Shown here in pieces: positions 1 through 9,114 of a stretch of 60,634 nt of DNA. The stretch is from a virus (lineage: Duplodnaviria; Caudoviricetes). Under the pieces are notes generated by a model. That model saw only the letters and a list, made by a program, of their open reading frames with translations, had not been told where the DNA came from and ran no database searches. The stretch covers positions 1 through 60,634 of the IMG/VR virus record IMGVR_UViG_3300033142_002332; one strand, written 5' to 3'. The position numbers and the translations under genes were made by a program. How positions within the stretch are numbered: position 1 is the stretch's first letter; each line of letters starts with the position of its first letter.

Positions 1-31
1 GAGTGCATATGAAGCTAAATATGCGTCTAAT

Positions 32-499
32 ATGCTAGAGAAGCTATATCATAATCTATATGACCTAGTTATGGGCTTGAATTCAATTGTTTCAGGGTTA
101 GTTAATCTTTTAGTTAAGAAGAATATTATAACCATTAAAGAGTTAGATATTAGCATTGGAGACTCAGAAGAGGAAAAAAGGAAGAGTATAGAGGACTTTA
201 GGATAAAAAATTTAGGTTTTGGTGATAAAGATGACAGTGTTAAAAGTGATAGCCTTGTTTTAGCTGATGTTATAGCTGAACTTGGAGATGACTTAGTAGA
301 CTCTTTCCCTAAAACCTTATATTTTATTATTAATAAATGTTATTTGTTCCCTGGGTTTGAAGAAAAGTTAATAGATCTTAAAGTAGGAGATGAGAAATCA
401 TTTAAATTAACGATGGCTATTCCTTTTAAAGTTAAACAAATAGAAGGTAAAGAAGTAACATTTAAAATAAAAATCATTGACATCAGGAAGAAGTTATAG
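32..499 (+). CDS. Protein with C-terminal trigger-factor-type FKBP domain; probably 5'-truncated by the window edge
   Basis: LFPGFEEKLIDLKVGDEKSFKLT...IEGKEVTFKIKIIDIRKK resembles the trigger factor PPIase domain (IPGFEEQLIG.K.GEEK.F.V.FP...LAGK...FKV.V). The frame is open from nt 2. Confidence 0.7.
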   Translation: MLEKLYHNLYDLVMGLNSIVSGLVNLLVKKNIITIKELDISIGDSEEEKRKSIEDFRIKNLGFGDKDDSVKSDSLVLADVIAELGDDLVDSFPKTLYFIINKCYLFPGFEEKLIDLKVGDEKSFKLTMAIPFKVKQIEGKEVTFKIKIIDIRKKL

Positions 500-860
500 A
501 GATATCATGGCGTCTTGTTTAATAAAAGAAATAATAAAGAAAAATGAATGTTGTTATAAAGCTAACGAAAGGTTAAGAAGAAAAGGTGTAGGTGTAAAAG
601 CATCTGATGGTAAAATAAATAAAAATGATCATAAAGGAGAAAAGTTAAATGACGTCTTTTGCCCTTGGCATATAGATGACGATAAATATTTAAATTGTTT
701 TTGGGTTTACCTAATGGATCCAAAAAATAATAGAGAACACCAGCTTATTCAAATCGCAAAACTACTAAAAACTTCAGTAAATAATATCAAATTAATAGAA
801 ACTAGCGTATTTACTAAGCTTAAAAAGAAGCTTACTCATTTAAAAAAAAACAATCTTTAA
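477..860 (+). CDS. Small Cys-containing protein with C-terminal sigma70 region-4-like HTH
   Basis: C-terminal HQLIQIAKLLKTSVNNIKLIETSVFTKLKK follows the region 4 pattern (TL.EIA..L..S...V.QIE..A..KLR); CPW...CFW upstream. Confidence 0.5.
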   Translation: MTSGRSYRDIMASCLIKEIIKKNECCYKANERLRRKGVGVKASDGKINKNDHKGEKLNDVFCPWHIDDDKYLNCFWVYLMDPKNNREHQLIQIAKLLKTSVNNIKLIETSVFTKLKKKLTHLKKNNL

Positions 861-929
861 TTATAATTAAACAACAACTAGGTAAGGTGTTTGTTAAGTA
901 AATTGTTATGATAATGAGAGAATGTCTAA

Positions 930-1886
930 ATGGATAAGACAAAAAATTTTAGCTTTAATATCCCTGTTAAGCTTGTTAAAGGCAAAGATAAAGAGGAATG
1001 GAGAATAGGCGGAGTAGCTAGTACAGAGCATAAAGACTTTCAGGGAGAAATTGTTAAGATTGATGGCCTTGATATTTCTACTTTATCTAAAAATGGTTTT
1101 TTTAATGAAGATCATAAAAAAGGGTTTAAGAATGTATTAGGTAAAATTGATTTTGTTGAAAAAAGAAAAAATGATGATGTAGGCAAGCATCTTTATGTAG
1201 AAGGTAAGCTTTTTCAATCTCAACCATCATCTAAAGCGGCATGGAATATATTAAATGAGTTAGGTAAGAGTGACAGCGGTAAGAAGATGCAGCTTTCTGT
1301 TGAAGGCAAAATCATCAAGAGGACAGGTAAAGATAAAAAAGTTGTACAAAAAGCTAAAATAGAGAATATAGCTTTAACTTTGAATCCAATAAACGATTAT
1401 ACTTTTGCTAGTTTTGTTAAATCGTTTCAAGATTTTGAAAATGAAAAACTAAAGGAAGAAGGCCCTAAAAAACTTTCTATAAATAATGATTTTGTTTTAG
1501 TTAACCTTTCTAAATCTTCTTATAATAAGCTTCTTGAATATATAGACCATAAGAAGAGTTTTAAAGATCATATAACTGATATCTGTAAGGGCATGAATAA
1601 GGAAGAGATTTCATCTTTATTTAATGTCCTAATTAAAGCTAAAGATGAGCTCAATAAATCTTTAGAAGCAGGTCATGCTTATGCCTCTAAGATTCCAGGT
1701 CAAATGACAGATGGTGAGGTAATGACTAAAGAATCTTTAGAATCTAACAAAAAGAAAAAAGATAAAAAGAAGGATAAGCTTAAATTTGTAATAAACGAAG
1801 TAAAGAAAAGTTTTACAGATATAGATTATGTTACGATAGTAACTAAGGTTTTAGATAAATATAATAAATTTTCTAAAAGGAGATAG
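930..1886 (+). CDS. Prohead (capsid maturation) protease
   Basis: IGGVAST..KDFQGE, FNEDH, LYVEGKL, QLSVEG and IALTLNPIN motifs of HK97/SPO1-type proteases; lies upstream of scaffold and MCP. Confidence 0.85.
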   Translation: MDKTKNFSFNIPVKLVKGKDKEEWRIGGVASTEHKDFQGEIVKIDGLDISTLSKNGFFNEDHKKGFKNVLGKIDFVEKRKNDDVGKHLYVEGKLFQSQPSSKAAWNILNELGKSDSGKKMQLSVEGKIIKRTGKDKKVVQKAKIENIALTLNPINDYTFASFVKSFQDFENEKLKEEGPKKLSINNDFVLVNLSKSSYNKLLEYIDHKKSFKDHITDICKGMNKEEISSLFNVLIKAKDELNKSLEAGHAYASKIPGQMTDGEVMTKESLESNKKKKDKKKDKLKFVINEVKKSFTDIDYVTIVTKVLDKYNKFSKRR

Positions 1887-1888
1887 TT

Positions 1889-2173
1889 ATGGTTTTTAAC
1901 AATACCAAGAAAAGGCTTCAGCATGCTTTTGCTTCTAAGGTGACTGATGTAGGTGAAGCAACTACAGATAGTAGTGGAATTATTGAGATTGACGGTCTGA
2001 CAGCAGGAGGTTTTGTTTTGGTAACTTTTGCTGAAGATCCAGGCGCAGCACTTGTTCTTTCTGACGTAGAGGTAGAAAGTGGTAGGTTTACCGTTTATAC
2101 AAAAAATACAGGAACAAATGCAAGAGCTGTAGTTGCTTCAAAAAAAATTTTTTATTTGTTACTAAAAAAATAA
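1889..2173 (+). CDS. Small head-associated protein (possible decoration protein)
   Basis: 94 aa, beta-rich, inside the head operon; function inferred from position only. Confidence 0.4.
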   Translation: MVFNNTKKRLQHAFASKVTDVGEATTDSSGIIEIDGLTAGGFVLVTFAEDPGAALVLSDVEVESGRFTVYTKNTGTNARAVVASKKIFYLLLKK

Positions 2174-2176
2174 TAA

Positions 2177-2887
2177 TTGAAAGGTAAAGAGATGGAAACA
2201 GAAAAAAATAATAAAGAGACAGTTTCTAACGATGAAGCTTTGTCTAAATCTATTGATGAACTTATTGATAAGCATTTTTCAGAAAACGAAATGCCTAAGA
2301 ATGAAGATAAAGAAGATCTAAAAAAAAGCAATAAAACTAAAGATAATAAAGAAGTTGATGTAGAAGAAGATGAAGTAGATAAAGCAAAGAAAAGCAAGAA
2401 TAAATTAAAAAAAGAATTTTCTTATAAAGAAGAAAATGAGGATAAAGAAGATAAAATAAAAAGTTGTAAAAAATCTCAAGAAAAAGATAGCGAAAACGAT
2501 TATGATCTTCTTAAGAAAAGCTTTGAAGAAGAAAAGAATAAAAATGATGAACTTAGGAAGTCTATAGAAGAAGTTAATGACAGATTTAATAGTGTTGGTG
2601 AGATCTTTAAAGATATGAAACAAGAAATTGATCTTTTAAAGAGCAAACCAAATTCACGTAAAAGTATTAAAAACATTGAAGAAATAAAAAAATCTTTCAA
2701 TGATACAGAAGAACAAGATCAAAGAGAAGGGTACACAAAAGAAGAAGCAGCAGATGCAATTGAGGAGTTAGTTAAATCAGGAGAAATAAGCTCATCAGCA
2801 TGTGCTGAATTTGAAATGTTCAAAAAAATTAGCAACCCAGTTGTAAGAGGCAAGGTTTCTAAGCTTATTGTTAAAAACAGGAAATAA
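2177..2887 (+). CDS. Putative capsid scaffolding protein
   Basis: Highly charged K/E/D coiled-coil protein directly before MCP with repeated xxKS motifs; true start may be the ATG at 2192. Confidence 0.65.
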   Translation: MKGKEMETEKNNKETVSNDEALSKSIDELIDKHFSENEMPKNEDKEDLKKSNKTKDNKEVDVEEDEVDKAKKSKNKLKKEFSYKEENEDKEDKIKSCKKSQEKDSENDYDLLKKSFEEEKNKNDELRKSIEEVNDRFNSVGEIFKDMKQEIDLLKSKPNSRKSIKNIEEIKKSFNDTEEQDQREGYTKEEAADAIEELVKSGEISSSACAEFEMFKKISNPVVRGKVSKLIVKNRK

Positions 2888-2907
2888 TAATTTAAAGGGA
2901 GAATGAA

Positions 2908-4335
2908 ATGAGTGAGCAAGCAAAGGGGTTTGGTGCTTCTTCTGAAGAGTTTTCAGGTCACGATATGGAGCAACTAGAAGAACTTAACAAAGCGCTGACT
3001 GCTGGTCATCAGTATGCTGACACTTTACCAGGAGCAATGACGGGTGGTGGTGTTTATCAATACGAGAGTCTTGATAAAACTCTTCGCCTTGTTTCTTATG
3101 AGATGAAAAATTTAAAGTTTTGGCCTGATATTCCCAAAGATCAAGCTTACAATACTGTTGAAGAATTTGATGTTCAAAACAGTTATGGTAATAATGCGTC
3201 CCCTTTCTTTAGTATGGGTGATGCACCTGTAGAGAAAGATGCTGGGTATAGTCGGCATGTTGGTAAGGTTAAATATGTTGGTACTCAAAGAAAAGTAACA
3301 CATGATTTAACTCTTGTTAAGTCTGCTCATGGTCCAGTTATAGCAAGGGAAGTAAAAAATGGTACTATGTTTATTCTTGGAGCACAAGAACGAGCATTAT
3401 TTGAAGCTTCTGAAACAAGCTTTAATTCTCTAGAATATGAGGGCGTTGAGTCTCAAATCGTTGCTGGTGATACTAACAGTAAATTTCAAGCACAAGCTTT
3501 TGAAGGTTATAATAATAACAACTCTGTTGTTTATGATCTTAGAGGTTCTGTATTGGACGAGGATATAATGGAAGAAGTAGCTCTAACAGTTTTAAATAAC
3601 TTTGGAACTCCAACAGATTTATATTTAGATACTAAGGCGCATAGTGACTTCTCAAGAAGTTTTTTCCCAAAACAACGTATTGCAGCTCCAGGAACACAGG
3701 TTCGCGGAGGCGTTGTTATACCAGATTATCAATCTAGTGCTGGTGTTTTTGCACTGAAATCAAATGTGTTTAGACGTCCAAGGAGAAGTTATTTGACTGT
3801 AGCTAATAATTCTAATGCTCCAGCAGCACCTTCATTCTCAATAGCTCCAGCAGCTGGAGCAGATCCAGCATCATTATTTGGAGCAACAGATATAGGTAAC
3901 TATTATTATGTAGCTTCATCTTTCAACGAGCATGGAGAAAGTGCAGGAACGGCTTCTGCTATAGTAGCGGTTACAACTGGCGATAAAGTAACATTTACCT
4001 TAGCAGATCAAGTTTCTACTTATGGTTTTATGGTCTTTAGATCAGCCAAGGATGGATTAGCAACAACTTCAGAATTTGTTACTAGGATTATAAAGGGAAC
4101 AACAACCACTCTAGTTACAGATTTAAATGAAACGTTACCTGGCCTATCAAAAGGGTATTTAATGAAAATGGATGCTGATAATGTTTGTTTTAAACAATTA
4201 GCTCCAATGATGAAGATGGACCTGGCAATAGTAGGTACGGCATACCGCTGGATGCAATTGCACTATGGTATGCCATTAGTGTTTACCCCTAGATTCAATG
4301 TTGTTTTAAAAAACATTGGTCGAGCTTCTGCCTAA
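2908..4335 (+). CDS. Major capsid protein (SPO1/Twort-like)
   Basis: 475 aa; LNKALTAG...ESLDKTL, AYNTVEEF, GTPTDLY, LAPMMKMDLA and LHYGMPLVFTP..NVVLKNIG match Herelleviridae-type MCP; RBS AAGGGAG; followed by a terminator. Confidence 0.9.
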   Translation: MSEQAKGFGASSEEFSGHDMEQLEELNKALTAGHQYADTLPGAMTGGGVYQYESLDKTLRLVSYEMKNLKFWPDIPKDQAYNTVEEFDVQNSYGNNASPFFSMGDAPVEKDAGYSRHVGKVKYVGTQRKVTHDLTLVKSAHGPVIAREVKNGTMFILGAQERALFEASETSFNSLEYEGVESQIVAGDTNSKFQAQAFEGYNNNNSVVYDLRGSVLDEDIMEEVALTVLNNFGTPTDLYLDTKAHSDFSRSFFPKQRIAAPGTQVRGGVVIPDYQSSAGVFALKSNVFRRPRRSYLTVANNSNAPAAPSFSIAPAAGADPASLFGATDIGNYYYVASSFNEHGESAGTASAIVAVTTGDKVTFTLADQVSTYGFMVFRSAKDGLATTSEFVTRIIKGTTTTLVTDLNETLPGLSKGYLMKMDADNVCFKQLAPMMKMDLAIVGTAYRWMQLHYGMPLVFTPRFNVVLKNIGRASA

Positions 4336-4359
4336 ATTAGAGTAATCTAATCAACCCCT

Positions 4360-4401
4360 TGAAAAGAAACTCTAAGAGCAAAGTCTTAGAGTTTCTTTTC
4401 A
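4360..4401 (+). terminator. Intrinsic terminator after MCP (likely bidirectional)
   Basis: Perfect 18-bp inverted repeat TGAAAAGAAACTCTAAGA / TCTTAGAGTTTCTTTTCA with 6-nt loop. Confidence 0.85.
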
Positions 4402-4477
4402 TTTACCTCCTCTATTCAATTATCTTCACAATATTATTTATTTTTATTATATATCTTATTAGATAGTTTTCTGTATA

Positions 4478-7024
4478 ATGAATAACAGATTGCTTAATCC
4501 AAAACAGAAAGAAAATAAAATGAATAAAGAAGAGCTATTATCTTTAAAAAAAGAAGGTAAGACTAACCTAGAGTGTTCAAAGATTTTTAATGTCTGTAAA
4601 TCAACTATCTCCAATCATGTAATTTCACTAATCAATGAAGGAAGGCTAAAAAAAACAGAGATAGTTAAAAAAAAAGCTTGGAATGAAGGAACAACTAAGA
4701 ACAGGGTTAAAGTTAAGTGTTCTTATTGCAATAAAGAAAAAATAATTCATGGTTGTAGTTATAAAAGAAACGTAACAGGATTGTTTTATTGCAATCAAAC
4801 ATGCAGACAAGCTAATACTTACCAGGTTAGGACTTGTCAGTATTGTAATGATGAATATAAGGCTATTAGGGGATCAACACGTAAGTATTGTTCTCATAAA
4901 TGTTCTATGGAAAAAAAAGAACAAACGTTTAAATATGTTAAAAAAAGAGACGGAAGCATTCAAGAGTTTGATATAAATAAGATTATAAGGGCCATAGGAA
5001 GGTCTGGGAAAGAGACAGGTGAATTTGATGATGTAATTACTTCTCGTTTAGCGATTAGAGTTGTTAATCTTCTTGAGATGAATGTGTATAATTCTACGCC
5101 TGAGATAGAACAAATTCAAGATATAGTTGAAGATGTTTTATTAACCTCTCCTTTTAAAAAGACAGCTAAGTCTTATATTCTTTATCGTGAACAGCACGCT
5201 AGGTTAAGGGATTTTGCTAAGAAAGCTAATTTAGACCTGGTTGATTCATATCTTAATAACCTTGACTGGAAGGTTAAAGAGAACAGTAACATGGGTTATT
5301 CTTTACAAGGACTTAATCAGTATATTTCTAGTGAGATTAGTAAGAGCTATTGGCTAAATAAAATTTACACTAGCCAGATCCGTAATGCTCATTTGTCTGG
5401 AGATTTTCATATTCATGATTTAAATCTTCTTAGCGTTTATTGTGTTGGTTGGGATTTACAGAATCTTCTTAAAATAGGGTTTAAAGGTGTAGCTGGTAAG
5501 ATAGAAAGTAAGCCTGCTAAACACTTTCGTAGTGCTTTAGGTCAGATTGTTAATTTCTTTTATACCCTTCAAGGAGAAGCTGCAGGCGCACAAGCATTTT
5601 CAAATTTTGATACGTTATTAGCTCCTTTTATTCGATATGATGGGCTTAATGAAGAAGAAGTAGCCCAGGCAATGCAGGAGTTCATTTTTAACATCAATAT
5701 TCCTACACGAGTTGGGTTCCAAACACCTTTTACAAATATTACTCTTGATTTGCAGCCACCGTCAACATTGAAAAGCCAATCTGTTATTATTGGTGGGAAA
5801 TTACAAAAAGAAACTTATGCAGAGTTTCAAGACGAAATGCATATGTTTAACAAAACCTTTCTTAATGTAATGCAAAAAGGAGATGGAAAAGGAAGGGTAT
5901 TTACTTTCCCAATTCCAACTTATAATATTGGGTCTGATTTTGATTGGGACAGTCCTAATCTTGAAACTTTATGGGAAGTTACTGCAAAGTACGGAACACC
6001 TTATTTTGCAAATTTCATTAATTCTGATATGTCAGTTGATGATGCTCGATCCATGTGCTGTAGGTTGAGATTAGACCTACGTCATTTAGATAGAAGAGGA
6101 GGCGGCTTATTTGGAGCAAATCCTTTAACAGGATCTATAGGTGTCGTAACTATTAATATGGCAAGATTAGGGCATATTTCTAAAGACGAAAAAGAATTTA
6201 TTGAAAAACTTGATCATCTTTTGGATCTTGCAAAAGATAGCTTAGAGATTAAGAGAAGGTTGCTTGAAAGCTTTACAGATAAAAAGCTTTATCCTTATAC
6301 AAAGTATTATTTAAAAGAGATAAAGAAGCATTATAATCAGTATTGGTATAATCATTTTTCAACTATTGGGTTGATTGGAATGAATGAAGCTTGCCTTAAT
6401 TTATTTGGTAAAGACATAGGAACAAAAGAAGGCAATAAGTTTGCTGCGAAGATACTTGATCATATGAGGGATAAGCTTCTTTCTTTTCAAGAAGAAACAG
6501 GTAATATGTATAATCTTGAAGCAACTCCTGCAGAAGGAACTTCTTATCGTCTTGCTAAACTAGATAAAAAGTATTATCCAGAGATTATTTCAGCTCAACC
6601 TAAAGAAGGTTCTGGTATTAAAAGGCCTTTTTATTCTAATTCAACTCAACTTCCTGTTAATTATAGTCATGATATTTTTGATGTTCTTGATAAGCAAGAT
6701 AATTTACAAAAAAAATACACGGGAGGCACAGTACTGCATATCTTTTTGGGAGAGTCTCTTGCGCAACCTGAAAATTTAAAGAAGTTCATAAAAAAAGTGT
6801 GCGAAAACTATAATCTTCCTTATTTTACGATTACACCCACCTTTAGTATTTGTTCTGATCATGGTTATTTGAAAGGAGAGCAGCCGTTTTGTCCTGAGTG
6901 CAAAAGCAAAACAGAAATTTATTCTAGAGTTGTTGGTTATTTACGACCTGTTGATCAATGGAACGAAGGGAAGCAAGCAGAATTTCCTTTACGATCTCAT
7001 TATCAAATTGAGCATAAATCATGA
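4478..7024 (+). CDS. nrdD: Anaerobic (class III) ribonucleoside-triphosphate reductase with N-terminal HTH + Zn-finger extension
   Basis: ATP-cone VKKRDGSIQEFD; GDFHIHDL, VYCVGW, SMCCRL, EATPAEG, C-terminal CSDH..CPEC and glycyl-radical YSRVVGYLRPV. Confidence 0.95.
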   Translation: MNNRLLNPKQKENKMNKEELLSLKKEGKTNLECSKIFNVCKSTISNHVISLINEGRLKKTEIVKKKAWNEGTTKNRVKVKCSYCNKEKIIHGCSYKRNVTGLFYCNQTCRQANTYQVRTCQYCNDEYKAIRGSTRKYCSHKCSMEKKEQTFKYVKKRDGSIQEFDINKIIRAIGRSGKETGEFDDVITSRLAIRVVNLLEMNVYNSTPEIEQIQDIVEDVLLTSPFKKTAKSYILYREQHARLRDFAKKANLDLVDSYLNNLDWKVKENSNMGYSLQGLNQYISSEISKSYWLNKIYTSQIRNAHLSGDFHIHDLNLLSVYCVGWDLQNLLKIGFKGVAGKIESKPAKHFRSALGQIVNFFYTLQGEAAGAQAFSNFDTLLAPFIRYDGLNEEEVAQAMQEFIFNINIPTRVGFQTPFTNITLDLQPPSTLKSQSVIIGGKLQKETYAEFQDEMHMFNKTFLNVMQKGDGKGRVFTFPIPTYNIGSDFDWDSPNLETLWEVTAKYGTPYFANFINSDMSVDDARSMCCRLRLDLRHLDRRGGGLFGANPLTGSIGVVTINMARLGHISKDEKEFIEKLDHLLDLAKDSLEIKRRLLESFTDKKLYPYTKYYLKEIKKHYNQYWYNHFSTIGLIGMNEACLNLFGKDIGTKEGNKFAAKILDHMRDKLLSFQEETGNMYNLEATPAEGTSYRLAKLDKKYYPEIISAQPKEGSGIKRPFYSNSTQLPVNYSHDIFDVLDKQDNLQKKYTGGTVLHIFLGESLAQPENLKKFIKKVCENYNLPYFTITPTFSICSDHGYLKGEQPFCPECKSKTEIYSRVVGYLRPVDQWNEGKQAEFPLRSHYQIEHKS

Positions 7025-7614
7025 AAATAGGAGGATATCAGTCGCTTACATTGAGCGACTTTCCTGGGAATGTTGCAGCTATTGTTTTCACTCAAGGTTG
7101 CAACTTTCGTTGTCCTTTTTGTCATAATTTTGACCTTCTTGGAATTAAACCTTCTAAGAAAACATTTAATGATCAAGATATTTTTGATAACTTAAAGAGC
7201 AGGTTATTGTTATTGGATGGAGTTGTTATTACTGGAGGAGAGCCCACTTTACAAAAAGACCTATTTAGTTTTATTAGTAAAATTAAGAACATAGGTCTTA
7301 AAATTAAGCTTGATACTAACGGAAGTAACCCTAAGATAATAGAGAATCTATTAAATAACGAAAAATTAGACTATATCGCTATGGATATAAAAGCACCTTT
7401 TAGTAAGTATAATCAAGTAGCAGGCGTTGACGTTTGTATAAACAAAATTAAGAGAAGCATTGATTTGATACTTGCAAGTAAAATTTCTTATGAGTTTAGA
7501 ACTACCTTTGCAAAAGATATTTTGTCAGAAAAAGATATCTGTGAAATAAAAAAAAGCTTACCTAACGAAGCAAACTATAAGATACAAGTCTGTAAAAAAA
7601 TAAACAATTTATAA
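7021..7614 (+). CDS. nrdG: Anaerobic RNR activating enzyme (radical SAM)
   Basis: GCNFRCPFCHN CxxxCxxC, TGGEPTLQ, KLDTNGS; ATGA overlap with nrdD. Confidence 0.95.
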   Translation: MKIGGYQSLTLSDFPGNVAAIVFTQGCNFRCPFCHNFDLLGIKPSKKTFNDQDIFDNLKSRLLLLDGVVITGGEPTLQKDLFSFISKIKNIGLKIKLDTNGSNPKIIENLLNNEKLDYIAMDIKAPFSKYNQVAGVDVCINKIKRSIDLILASKISYEFRTTFAKDILSEKDICEIKKSLPNEANYKIQVCKKINNL

Positions 7615-7726
7615 TTATATTTAAATATTCTATTTTTTATGTTGAATATGTTGTATTTTTATGTTTTATTTATAACTGGTTTTGATAGTTAGCTAAATAA
7701 CAGTTTTTAATATAAAGGGGGTTTTT

Positions 7727-9091
7727 ATGGACAAAGAGAAAAAATATATTGTCTTAGTTCCAGGTCATAGTATAGAAAGTCAGAGTTTTACAATGTGGAC
7801 GAATGAATCAGAGTGGTCTTTTTGTTTTCGTGCTTGTACGTATATGAAAAATTATTTTGATATGAATTTTGAAAATGTTGAAAGTAAGGTAGTTGATAGG
7901 CATTCTACAGGGGAAGGGTATGCGAGCGAAATGGAGAAAGTGGGGAAAGAGATAAAAGGTTGGGAAAAACCTATTGATTTAATTTTTGAGCATCATGTTA
8001 ATTCCGCTAGCGGAATTGCTTTTGGTTGTGAGGGGCTTATAAATTTAGATGATAAAGTTAGTTCTTTATTTGTTGATGAGCTTACTGACGATTTTAGTAC
8101 GCAATTTTTAATTCGTGAAAGAAGAACTAAAAAACTTCCAGGTGGGGAGATACTAACTGATGGCGTTCTTTCTGTGAAACCAGGAGAGAGGGGTAGTAGC
8201 GGTTTAAAAACATATAAGGGTTGTAATTCAAAGGTATCTTTTATTTGGGAACCTTGTTTTGGGAATGAAAGAACCAAAGAATCTATTAATATTTTAAAGA
8301 ACGAAAATACGTATTTTCCTTGGATTTCTCAATATTTAGGGAATAAAGTGGGTGGTGTTTTAAAGCCTAATATAACTTTAATTGATGCGCTTAGGACTGA
8401 AAGTATTGAAATTACTACGACTCAACGAGTAGCTTCTTTAGAGCCTGACCCAATAAAGAATACTCTTTTAAGAGAGTTAATTACGGTTTATAAAAAGGCT
8501 TCTATAAAATTTAAGGCTTTGAAGGGAATTACGTTAGCCCAATGGTTATTAGAAAGTGGTAGGGCAACGAGCAAGTTAGCTGTTAATCATAATAATTTTG
8601 GAGGTTTGAAATATAGGAAAGAAATAGAAGATATTAGTGGAGAAAAAAAACGATGGTCAATTGAATATACAGGGAGTGATAATAATAAAGATAATTATTT
8701 TGCATTTAAAAGTATTGAGGAGTTTGTTGTTGGGTATTGGCTTTTTATTGGTAGGCAAAACTATAAAGGTTGGGAGCGTTACGGTAATGATCCTGTCGGA
8801 TATATGGAACATCTTTGTAAGTGTGGATATTCTGAAACACCAGACTATTTGACTCGTGTTTTGAAGCTTTTACCCGAGGCGGAAAGGTTATTATTGAGTG
8901 TTAAAACAGAGCCTTACTATAAGAAAGGGAAAGAAGAAGTTATTAAAGAAGGGGGTGAAAAAAAAGTAGGTCAAAGTTCAATTAGTTCTGGAAAATGTTC
9001 ACAAATTAAGTTACAATTTGATTATGAAGGTTCGAGAATTAATATGCTCCTTAACGGAGAGGTTTGTATATCATCAAAAAAATGTTGTTAA
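7727..9091 (+). CDS. Two-domain peptidoglycan hydrolase: Amidase_3-like + GH73 glucosaminidase
   Basis: N-terminal IVLVPGH...E...EHHVNS...IWEPCF amidase motifs; C-terminal TLAQWLLESG, NNFGGLK and GYSETPDY FlgJ/GH73 motifs. Confidence 0.8.
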   Translation: MDKEKKYIVLVPGHSIESQSFTMWTNESEWSFCFRACTYMKNYFDMNFENVESKVVDRHSTGEGYASEMEKVGKEIKGWEKPIDLIFEHHVNSASGIAFGCEGLINLDDKVSSLFVDELTDDFSTQFLIRERRTKKLPGGEILTDGVLSVKPGERGSSGLKTYKGCNSKVSFIWEPCFGNERTKESINILKNENTYFPWISQYLGNKVGGVLKPNITLIDALRTESIEITTTQRVASLEPDPIKNTLLRELITVYKKASIKFKALKGITLAQWLLESGRATSKLAVNHNNFGGLKYRKEIEDISGEKKRWSIEYTGSDNNKDNYFAFKSIEEFVVGYWLFIGRQNYKGWERYGNDPVGYMEHLCKCGYSETPDYLTRVLKLLPEAERLLLSVKTEPYYKKGKEEVIKEGGEKKVGQSSISSGKCSQIKLQFDYEGSRINMLLNGEVCISSKKCC

Positions 9092-9114
9092 TAATTAATT
9101 AGAAGGGTAATAAA

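Noticed and set aside
4478-7024. Intron or intein in nrdD
   Set aside because: Catalytic region is continuous with no splicing motifs; the extra sequence is N-terminal only.
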